From: Macrostomum lignano
Lineage: Eukaryota
DNA length: 64,000 nucleotides
Direction of reading: 5' to 3'
Assembly (NCBI GenBank): GCA_002269645.1
Contig: NIVC01003621.1
Location: 23,014-87,013, forward strand
Position numbers and translations under genes: made by a program. Position 1 is the stretch's first letter; the number at the start of each line of letters is the position of its first letter. A model generated the notes under the pieces. It saw nothing but the letters and a program-made list of their open reading frames with translations, was not told where the DNA came from and did not search any database. Positions 45,979 to 56,277 of this stretch are shown here, piece by piece.

Positions 45979-48900
45979 CTACTCAAGAACGGCGACGCAG
46001 CGGAAGCAGCTGCCGCCGATGAAGCCGGCCAGGCCCCCGCTCGGTCCGAACAGAAGGCAGTCGCCGTTTCCAGGAATGACCAAAGCGAACAGGCAGGCCG
46101 GCTGCGCCGTGCACTTGAAGATGCAGTCCAGCCGAGGGCTCTTCAGGCCGGACCATCGGGTCAGGAGGGCGCTTGATGCAGCTGGGAAGCTGGACTGAGC
46201 ACTGCTGACGCACAGGGAGGCTCCCTTAGCCACTGAAAACAAATATTTTGGATTCGTTAGCTACAGAAAAGCAAACTGGATTTACAATCTTCAGAGGTGC
46301 TCACTTGCTAAGATATCAATCTCAAATATGTTGATGTACTGTTGCGATGAAGAGAGTCCAGTAATGTTCTTGTAAATAGCGAAATACCTGCCCACAATGG
46401 GCTTGGAACAGTTGACTTTGATCGGGTTGTCAGCAACAGTGGGCACATCGGTGTAGTAGAAGCACAGTTGGAACAGGTGTGAATTGAATGCAGTCCACAC
46501 GGCGGGGTTGTTTGTCACACCTGTGGTGGCAGAGGTGGGATAGCGACAACTTCAAAGTCTTAAAAAGAAATTAAATAGGTTAGGTAGGCAGGCAACCGAA
46601 AGTTGAAAATTCATATCTTAGCACTTATTCTGAAACATGTCTCTAACGAGTTCAACCCCATGCCCAGAAATTATTTTAGCTGTAAACTAGCAACCTTCGC
46701 CCCCGGGAGGCAACAAAGAAAGGAATAAACTCTTTAATAAACTGCAAGTAGCTTTTGAAAATGTACGGTCACTATTACCTGAGGGCTGCGTACGGCTGTT
46801 CAGTCCAAGGACTGGGGGGGTTATCACACACTAAATTACTCCAGCTAATGCTGGCACCCATTTTACAGCTGGATGAACTGAAGCAATGCAGAGTTAAGTG
46901 TCTTGCTCGAGGAAACAAATCGTTCCGAGTGGATCGCGAATCGAACCCCTAACCTTTCAGTCGTGAGTCAGACGCTCTAACCACTAGGCTGTAGCCTCTA
47001 CCAATTGCTGAGATATCAAGGCTTATTGGGAGGTGTAACGACCCATGGTTTGATTGCTGAAGTGCTGTGGCTCATTGTGGGTTGCTCGATCAGAAGCCTT
47101 GAGCAAAAACTCAAATAGGATGCTGATATCTTAGGTTAGGTAGCTGAATTTCATAGCATTTTGCTTTAAACATCATTTTCCTTAATAAATTAGCAATGAT
47201 AATCTTCAAAGTCAAATTCAACATTCAGTTTGTTTTTCGCGCCTCCTAAATAGTCTCTAATAGTTTTATAGAACATGCAGACATAGTCTCGCCATAAAAC
47301 TTGTTACGTTACGCGTTTACTAAATTAATAAGCCTTTTGACCATAGACACCATAAGCTTGGCGCTGCGCATTTCAATCTATAGTTTTATTTTCATTGGTT
47401 CCAGGTGTTGTGCAGCCAGGACTTGAGGTTTCCAGTTGTTGGTGCGCACAGTTGCTTTATTTACGTTATACCATACTATATTAGAAATATCAGCGTAACA
47501 ATATTATCATTAAGTTGACCCGTCAAGTTACACGACACAACACCAGGTAACTTAATTACTTGGCCGGAGCTATTGGCAGGGCGGAGGGAATTAGAGTACT
47601 TAAGTAAGTACAAATAGATTAGGTCAAAATCGAGACAATAAGCAAAGACCAAAGACCAACTTCACTCACCAAAGCTGATCTGCGTAAATCTTTCGTTCCA
47701 GGTGTTGTCAAGCCGGTTCCAGACACGAGCACCGAACACAACATGCGGCTGATCCATGTCCAGCATCACCCACGGCATTGGGTCTCCAGCTGCTGAATGA
47801 ATCATGAATCTATTGGTGACGCCATCGTTGACATGGATGGGATCCGGCGTGCCCGAGTACCTTGATGATGTCTGGGCCGATTTGTTCTTGCCAACAAACA
47901 CCAGTTCGAAGTCAGAGAAATGCTGCACAGCTGTGTAATAAAGGTTTTTCTTTTGAATGTATTAGCTGTTTGATGAATTCAAAAAAATCGTAGTTAACAT
48001 CCATATTTTATTTTAGAAGTATTTTAGACGCTCCACTGCGTGTCCAGGGGCTAGTCAAGGAAAAAATGATGTGGTTAATCTTGCTAACATTTAGTAGATG
48101 CTGTTTGTCATCCAATTTTTTATGACAGCTCAATTAGCTCCCAAAGGTAAATCCTTTGAATCCATGAGCAACCCTTAATGTTGAGGGGAAGTTGAGGGAG
48201 GCTTGTTAGCAAGACAATTAAAAATTGATGATGCTATAGGCTAGAATTACAGGAAGACTGCCACCGGCAAGTGTTGTCTGCTGCAAGTTTAGCGAATGCT
48301 TTTCTCATTACTTTGACAAAAAGACAAAAGGTATTTTACTTGCAGCTGCTGGGACAGTCTAGCTTTATACTAATTAGCTGTTTGGCTTCCACCTCAAAAA
48401 CGCTATTGCATCCTGTCTTGCCTACAATTTTAGCATTGTGTGCCAGCTCTCTGTAGTAATGAACAAAATGCCACTTATACTTGGGGCAAATGAAAATGCA
48501 TTCAAAAGCATTCTCCGTGTTACTATGGCTGTGACTCTTCTTCTTACATGTAATTCACCTAACTCAAAAAACGTTTTCAGGCAGTGAGCTAAGCTTCTTT
48601 CAGAAATTTTCGGTTCAAGCTAACTGACAACTGAAGATCAGAAACTTTTAATGCACAAATGAGCAGTGTTACATGCAGGCATCCGTTAATGAAAATCTAA
48701 ACAATTCTATCATAACAAAAGGGATCATCGTTCAAAATATCCGTTTACATTCAATTTAAAAATAATTTAACGAACCCTTCTGACCCAGATACATTCTGTC
48801 TATTGATTTTACTGGTTTACCCAACAAAATTGGTCCTTTGTACGAGCTATTCCATTTTTATGATTTTTAGGCAACAGTACATGTATGTAGGATATAAAAT

Positions 48901-49299
48901 TAATATGGAATCCTAAATTTTCCTAACGAAAAGTTCTATGAATGCGACACTAGATCTCTTAGAAAGGCAGGACATATCGAAAGATGAACATTGGAATGAA
49001 CGCTTTGAACGCAAGATCGGGGATAGAATCCCACAGCCTTGACTACACTGTATTCAGAAAAGTCAATGCCAGTTATAAAGTTCATGCCCACTTCATGGCT
49101 AACGCGTGGCACCTGCGGAGTAAAGTGGAGATGAGTCCCGCCTAGATGTAACTTCCATCACCACCATGCATTTTACATGCACTACTTTATGGCCTGTATA
49201 CAGTATGTGAAAAATTAAAATACCGGTATAGTTACCAGCAACTAGCGTCAGACACAAGAGCAAGGCAACCGTTGTGATGACTGCAGTTTTACAGGCCAT
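45979..49299 (-). CDS. Secreted F-type lectin plus PAN-like domain, copy B, 4 exons, 264 aa
   Basis: Exons 49299-49236, 47930-47670, 46520-46305, 46232-45979. Exon sizes are 64/261/216/254 versus 64/264/216/254 in copy A, with the same phases. Confidence 0.78.
46780..46992 (-). mobile_element. tRNA-derived SINE with CORE-like segment, copy 2
   Basis: Reverse complement gives an A box (agcctagtgg), a B box (ggttcgattc), then cctcgagcaagacacttaactctgcattgcttcagttcatccagctgtaaaatggg, reminiscent of the MIR/CORE segment. Confidence 0.75.
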
Positions 49300-49959
49300 T
49301 TCGCTGCACACAAATGGATTGTTGAAAGAATTTGTTACTGGCAATCTAAAGCCTATATAGAACGGTTCTTTCTTAACCAAAAAGATTGCCAGTGCGTTGC
49401 CACTAGGGCTTGCTTCAATTTCAATGTGAGGCACAATTTTTCAGCAGCAATGGACTCATGTATATTTCATGGGCTGAATGAGCTGGGCCGAAAATCCCTA
49501 TTTACACTATAACCAGAAGAACTTCCCGGCGACAAACACTTAAACTGGCTAAGAAGTTGGACGGCCCAATGAGAGAATGCTAGATGTTGAAAAAATGGGC
49601 ATTGGGAAGAGACGACAGGGTGATGGCATACCCAAAGCTGTTGTCTTTCAACCTGGCTAGGTTGAAGGAAGCTCTTTCAGTGTGTGCTTTAAAAAATTGC
49701 AGTAAGTGCAGTTCATGAATACTAGGCCTATACTTTATATTTAATGTGTTTGTTTTTGGCTGCTCGTGTGTCACATTTGCTGTGCATGCTAAGCCGGCTG
49801 TGAAAATGAAAAGTGAAACCTCCAAGTCGAAGACCTGACTAAATATAAACCTTGTAAAACACGAAATTTTGTCTTTGCAAGGCTGCTCTGAATAAACATG
49901 GACTGGATGCTTTTCTTGCTAGCTTATTGTCGTAGCACAAGCAGCTTTGGGCTTTTCGC

Positions 49960-50240
49960 ACCAGGGGCTGTAGCAGCAGGGGCTTTAGCACCAGGGGCTT
50001 TAGCACCAGGGGCTTTAGCTCCAGGGGCTTTAGCACCAGGGGCTTTAGCACCAAGGGGCTTTAGCACCAAGGGGCTTTAGCACCAAGGGGCTTTAGCACC
50101 AAGGGGCTTTAGCACCAAGGGGCTTTAGCACCAAGGGGCTTTAGCACCAAGGGGCTTTAGCACCAAGGGGCTTTAGCACCAAGGGGCTTTAGCCCCAGGG
50201 GCTGTAGCAGCAGGGGCTGTAGCAGCAGGGGCTTTAGCAC
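49960..50240. repeat. 15/16-bp minisatellite
   Basis: Tandem ggggctttagcaccaa / ggggctttagcacca. Confidence 0.9.
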
Positions 50241-51185
50241 CAGAGACGCCAGAACATTTTCCGAGTGCCCTCGACTCAGTGCTATAAGATACTATCAGGA
50301 AGATAATGCAGAGTTTACTAGTAACAGCGTTTGTGTCTTGAAGATTTCTTGAAACTGTTTTAAAATTTCAAGCGGCCTTTGAAGAAGACCACCGAATATC
50401 TCTTTAAAAATTGATAACCAACAATTAAATAATCTTTTAGAAAATGTTACATGTAGCTAAATGTAGAAGAATTTAATGCAAGTCGATCCATTGCAGCTGC
50501 TGTTCCCACTACTAAAAGTAGTCAGATCACTCTCTATTTACCGTCGGCATAGAAAAAAAATCCTTGAACTCCAAGCAGTCGAATAATTTGCATAGATCAA
50601 ATTTTTATTGAATCGTAATTATTTTCATGTATATTTTTAATTTCATCAATACTTTTTTCGCTTATTTTTGCCAAGGACTACTTAAGTTGAAAGACGATCG
50701 ATATCCTTGTGTTACACTTTTACACAGTCAACTGCATGTATAAGAAATGAAAACCACCATTCTGCGGTGGTGGTTTTATTTATTTATTTATTTTTGAATA
50801 TTTATTTACTAAATAATGAAAAATTATTTAATAAATAAATAATTTCATTTATTCAATATTAAATATTTGAGGCAGAATCCTTATAAACTATTTATATTAC
50901 TTATAACAGTAGTTAAACCGAGTTTTAATCACAGCCAATCAGAAATTTTCTTCCCATTTGTTTAAATTTCCTAAACAAATCAAATTCTTTTGTTATAATT
51001 TTAGTAATTGTTAAAATGCGTCCCACCTTGCCCAAATTTTTCTGTATAAAAGGAATCAGGTTAACGCTAAAAAATATAACCTCGGCGCTCGATCTCAATA
51101 TTTGCTTTTAACTATTCTTGCGAGAATCTTTTAGCGAAACCAATCTAAATTTGGCTAAGACTTATCTCGTTATTTCTTTCATAAG

Positions 51186-51365
51186 ATAGGGAAACCAGAG
51201 GTCGTGGAGACCCAAAACCAGGATTCTAGATAGGGAAACCAGAGGTCGTGGAGACCCAAAACCAGGATTCTAGATAGGGAAACCAGAGGTCGTGGAGACC
51301 CAAAACCAGGATTCTAGATAGGGAAACCAGAGGTCGTGGAGACCCAAAACCAGGACTCTAGATAG
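51186..51365. repeat. 44-bp tandem repeat, about 4 copies
   Basis: tagggaaaccagaggtcgtggagacccaaaaccaggattctaga. Confidence 0.9.
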
Positions 51366-52052
51366 GAAAATTTGAGGTCGTAAAGACCCAGGACAGAGGC
51401 CAAAAAGGGGGAATCTCGAGGTCGTACAGACCCTAAGAAAGCCGTACAGGCTTACAATAGACATTAGGCATTAAGAGATTAGGTATTAGGGAAGTAGATT
51501 AGATACCGCTGGGCACCCTTGATCCCCAGAAAACGCTAGACTTTCGGACTGAACTAGAGTAGTATGAGTTTATGCAACTCTGCCGCACTTGCACTGCGGA
51601 GATAGGCGGTAATGTAAAAGGATAGGAGGGCGTAAAAGAGCCAGCTGAGATAGCCAATGGAAATAAGGGCGTGGGGTGGGTGTGATTGGCTGGGTGGTGA
51701 AACGCTTATGCAACTCTGCCGCACTGGGGGAGGCAGGTAGCAAAGCAAAGCATCGGAAGGTTTTGGAATAGCAGAGTAAACAAATTAAAAACAAGGTAGG
51801 CATGGCGTGGAAACGTCCACCTCAATTTGTGCCTGGCCTATGCAACTCCTCGGCGTCCCCCACTGTGTTTATCCTATAGCATGCTTATGCAACTCTGCCG
51901 CACTATTTGTCAGTGCGGAGTGAAATAGATAAGAGAGAGGCTCTGGTCTTCTTGGGTGTCTGCCTCTGGCAATTCTAATAAATGGGCAATAAACTTTGTA
52001 ACGGGTGCGGGGCTTGAGTGGAAAGGGTAGGGTTTGAAGTGGAGGTGAGGTT

Positions 52053-53299
52053 GGTGAGCTCTAAAACAGTTGTTCAACTCTGCCGCACTTTCACTGTGCA
52101 GGGACAGAGAGGTGAGCTCTAAAACAGTTGTTCAACTCTGCCGCACTTTCACTGTGCAGGGACAGAGAGGTGAGCTCTAAAACAGTTGTTCAACTCTGCC
52201 GCACTTTCACTGTGCAGGGACAGAGAGGTGAGCTCTAAAACAGTTGTTCAACTCTGCCGCACTTTCACTGTGCAGGGACAGAGAGGTGAGCTCTAAAACA
52301 GTTGTTCAACTCTGCCGCACTTTCACTGTGCAGGGACAGAGAGGTGAGCTCTAAAACAGTTGTTCAACTCTGCCACACTTTCACTGTGCAGGGACAGAGA
52401 GGTGAGCTCTAAAACAGTTGTTCAACTCTGCCGCACTTTCACTGTGCAGGGACAGAGAGGTGAGCTCTAAAACAGTTGTTCAACTCTGCCGCACTTTCAC
52501 TGTGCAGGGACAGAGAGGTGAGCTCTAAAACAGTTGTTCAACTCTGCCGCACTTTCACTGTGCAGGGACAGAGAGGTGAGCTCTAAAACAGTTGTTCAAC
52601 TCTGCCGCACTTTCACTGTGCAGGGACAGAGAGGTGAGCTCTAAAACAGTTGTTCAACTCTGCCGCACTTTCACTGTGCAGGGACAGAGAGGTGAGCTCT
52701 AAAACAGTTGTTCAACTCTGCCGCACTTTCACTGTGCAGGGACAGAGAGGTGAGCTCTAAAACAGTTGTTCAACTCTGCCGCACTTTCACTGTGCAGGGA
52801 CAGAGAGGTGAGCTCTAAAACAGTTGTTCAACTCTGCCGCACTTTCACTGTGCAGGGACAGAGAGGTGAGCTCTAAAACAGTTGTTCAACTCTGCCGCAC
52901 TTTCACTGTGCAGGGACAGAGAGGTGAGCTCTAAAACAGTTGTTCAACTCTGCCGCACTTTCACTGTGCAGGGACAGAGAGGTGAGCTCTAAAACAGTTG
53001 TTCAACTCTGCCGCACTTTCACTGTGCAGGGACAGAGAGGTGAGCTCTAAAACAGTTGTTCAACTCTGCCGCACTTTCACTGTGCAGGGACAGAGAGGTG
53101 AGCTCTAAAACAGTTGTTCAACTCTGCCGCACTTTCACTGTGCAGGGACAGAGAGGTGAGCTCTAAAACAGTTGTTCAACTCTGCCGCACTTTCACTGTG
53201 CAGGGACAGAGAGGTGAGCTCTAAAACAGTTGTTCAACTCTGCCGCACTTTCACTGTGCAGGGACAGAGAGGTGAGCTCTAAAACAGTTGTTCAACTCT
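52053..53299. repeat. 58-bp tandem array, about 21 nearly identical copies, subterminal in the Polinton
   Basis: ggtgagctctaaaacagttgttcaactctgccgcactttcactgtgcagggacagaga; period checked between 52081 and 52139. No spacers. Confidence 0.95.
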
Positions 53300-54172
53300 A
53301 GTGGTGAAACGCATATGCAACTCTGCCCTGGGTTTTTTCGTCCATAACTTGGGTGCGATTTCGCACCCTGTGCTAGATTTCAGGGTGCGATTTTCAAGAC
53401 CAGGATGCGCTGCACTGCTGCAGACAAAAACTGGTCTAACACTAATAACACTAAAGACGTACATAACACTAAATTGTGAAATCCGCATCACATCCTTTCT
53501 GGTGCGCTTTTCACACCCTGAGTCAAATTTCAGGGTGCGATTTTTAAGACCAGGATGCTATTCGCACCCATTCGCACAAAAAACCCAGACTCTGCCGCAC
53601 TTGCACTGCGGAGATAGGAGGGCCATGGTAGTATAGAGCCCTATTGCATTGGGTTTGAAAGTGGGATGGGGGAAATCCGAGAGGAGGGGATTAGGCGTTG
53701 TATGTGTCTGAGGTTGGTTAAGCAATGGCTCAGGCCTACGCACCTATGTCCCCCCCCTCCCCATTGTACACTGAGAGATATAAGGGGCTAGGCAGAGCTG
53801 TGGTTAGTTCAAGTCTTGCCGGCGGTGTAAAGGGAAAAATATAGGTATGAAAATCGGAAGGGTTGGATGATACAGTGTTCGGATCATAAAAGCTAGTTGG
53901 GGCTCACGACGCTCTCACTGCTAGGCTCTTCCGTTGATCTCAGTTTTACAACTGTATAGGCGGTTTATGGTACAGAACGAAGCCCAATTAATATAAAGTA
54001 AATATTGTGGGAAATTTTATTAGATAAAGGTCTGGGGTCTACTAAGCACAAAGTTTGTTATTGCGCCAGAATAATATCGGCGTGTACGAGTAATTATTAT
54101 TATTCTTCTAGTCTACCACAACAACTGCGCTGTGTACACCGTTCTTGGAAAGAAAATTAGGGAGGGGGGTTC

Positions 54173-54374
54173 GATTGGTCGGTTTGAGGAACAACTGGAT
54201 TGGGGTTGGTGGAAACAAATAATGATGTACATTTTATGCTGATTGGAGAGGATTGGTCGGTTTGAGGAACAACTGGATTGGGGTTGGTGGGGAACAAATA
54301 ATGATGTACATTTAATGGGGATTGGAGGGTACTGTATTCAGTGGTCAGTGTTCCGCAAATTGTATATATATAAA
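54173..54374 (+). promoter_or_regulatory. Candidate Pol II promoter: duplicated 78-bp unit with six inverted CCAAT boxes plus a TATA box
   Basis: Units 54173-54250 and 54251-54329 each contain three ATTGG. TATATAAA lies at 54367-54374, about 50 bp before ATG 54425. Confidence 0.5.
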
Positions 54375-54424
54375 TGAAGTGAAAAATAACTGCAGTCTTC
54401 CGAATTCTCACTTCCGCCGCAACA

Positions 54425-55591
54425 ATGAAGAAGATTAGCGACTCATATGCTACCTTTGAAGTCTGCCTAACTTGCAACAAGTGCGTTGTTGGATTTTTAA
54501 AGCCTGGCCATCACAAAGAGTGCAACAAGAGCACTTTCAACGTTTGCTGGCAGTGTGGCGTTGTAATGAAGCGTGAAGGAAAAGCGGGAAAATTCAAAGC
54601 TCACCGCGGGCATCAGCAGCTGCCTACTGGAGACAATGGAATGAAAAATTTAAGACGCATAGTTATGCAGAAAGCGCATCAAATAGCCGGAGAGCAAACC
54701 GCTGCACGACAGGCTCTCAGCCAATTAATAAACGGTGTAATTAGAGACGGCTGTAGCAGCGATGATGACTTTGTTGAGCAGCCGCAGCAGTCACAATTCC
54801 AACGCCCACTCGCTGCTCAGTCGGCTAGACATCCCCCGGATATCAGAGGAAAGCAGATCCGCATGGACAGTCCCGACAGCCTTCTGTACGAAGAGCCAAC
54901 CGATGAGGAGACTGAGGACAGCGACATTGCTATCAACAATGAGCAGCCTCCCAGCATCAGCGAGCAGCAGCAGCAGCAGCAGCCTCCATGCATCGGCGAG
55001 CAGCCTCTTAGCATCAGCGAGCGGCAGCAGCAGCAGCCTCCTAGCATCAGCGAGCAGCAGCAGCAGCCTCCAGGCATCGGCGAGCAGCAACAGCAGCCTC
55101 CCAGCATCAGCGAGCAGCAACAGCAGCCTCTTAGCATCAGCGAGCAGCAGCAGCAGCCTCCAGGCATCGGTGAGCAGCCTCCTAGCATCAGCGAGCAGCA
55201 GCAGCAGCCTCCAGGCATCGGCGAGCAGCCTCCTAGCATCAGCGAGCAGCAGCAGCAGCCTCCAGGCATCGGCGAGCAGCAACAGCAGCCTCCCAGCATC
55301 AGCAAGCAGCAACAGCAGCCTCTTAGCATCAGCGAGCAGCAGCAGCAGCCTCCAGGCATCGGCGAGCAGCTTTCAAGCATCAATAACATTGGTGAACAGA
55401 TTGCTCAGCCAAACATTATTGAAGAACCGGCTGGATTGGATTCCCTGATGGAGGTATTGGGAGACGGGGAATTTGAGGCGGCTAATAATGTCGTACCTCG
55501 ATACCAACTGCAACTGGTGCTGCCACCAGTAATTGGAGCAGGATATATTGTGAAAATTGAAAATGACAGCATTATTTTTGTGTCTCGTTGA
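54425..55591 (+). CDS. Polinton ORF, 388 aa, Cys/His-rich N-terminus (possible zinc finger) and Gln/Pro-rich repeats
   Basis: ATG-initiated ORF with CLTCNKC..HHKEC..CWQC..HRGH, an acidic stretch and QQQQPPSISE repeats that keep the frame. Confidence 0.6.
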   Translation: MKKISDSYATFEVCLTCNKCVVGFLKPGHHKECNKSTFNVCWQCGVVMKREGKAGKFKAHRGHQQLPTGDNGMKNLRRIVMQKAHQIAGEQTAARQALSQLINGVIRDGCSSDDDFVEQPQQSQFQRPLAAQSARHPPDIRGKQIRMDSPDSLLYEEPTDEETEDSDIAINNEQPPSISEQQQQQQPPCIGEQPLSISERQQQQPPSISEQQQQPPGIGEQQQQPPSISEQQQQPLSISEQQQQPPGIGEQPPSISEQQQQPPGIGEQPPSISEQQQQPPGIGEQQQQPPSISKQQQQPLSISEQQQQPPGIGEQLSSINNIGEQIAQPNIIEEPAGLDSLMEVLGDGEFEAANNVVPRYQLQLVLPPVIGAGYIVKIENDSIIFVSR

Positions 55592-56277
55592 GCAAGCGAA
55601 TTCTTGGTCACTTGGTCATTCTTGGCTATTGTGTATCTTAAAAATTCAGTTTAACTTACATTTTTTACTTTAATTTGTACTTTAGCTTTTTTATTTACAA
55701 TAAGCCAAGAAGTGTTTTTTGTTTAAATCAATAGCGATTAGCAAAGCTAGATAGAATATTTCGAGCATCATAGCTTTTAGTAGTATCAATCTACAATTAA
55801 ATAAGCCAATCATGTAATTGTTGACTCAAATATGAATACAAGTTTTTGAAAATCTAGAACTGCCTCAAGCAGCACCGGTCGTAGCCCCAGTTTTCAACCT
55901 TTTTTGGCAGCACCGGTCGTAGCCCCAGTTTTCAACCTTTTTTGCCTGCGGTAACTGGCAGGGGCTATGAAATTCATTTTGACAATCAAAAGCTTACCCT
56001 GATAGCATTGTAATTGTAAGTCTAAATACTTTGATGCAGAAAAATTGAAGTAAAAATATACTGCTAGCATTCGATTTTTTACTTCATTATGACTGGATAA
56101 GTTGGAATTTCGTTTCTATTTAATCAATTTCAATTAGTTTAGTAAAATTAGTAAAACTAATTTCAATTAGTTTCTCGCATGAATAAAATAGTTTGAAAGT
56201 TTAATTTGTATCCATACTTTGTATTAGAGATGTATTTGACCACTCAACTAATTACAGCTAAGGGAACCAAATAACAG

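Noticed and set aside
46900-46992. tRNA gene (also 4279-4340)
   Set aside because: A and B boxes are present, but there is no proper anticodon or acceptor stem, and the sequence continues into a shared SINE body.
51480-51557. Helitron 3' end (hairpin plus CTAG)
   Set aside because: The hairpin is weak, CTAG is followed by A rather than T, and no 5' TC end or Rep/helicase is seen.
52053-53299. 58-bp array as a CRISPR array
   Set aside because: Units are contiguous and essentially identical, with no unique spacers and no cas genes, in a eukaryotic context.
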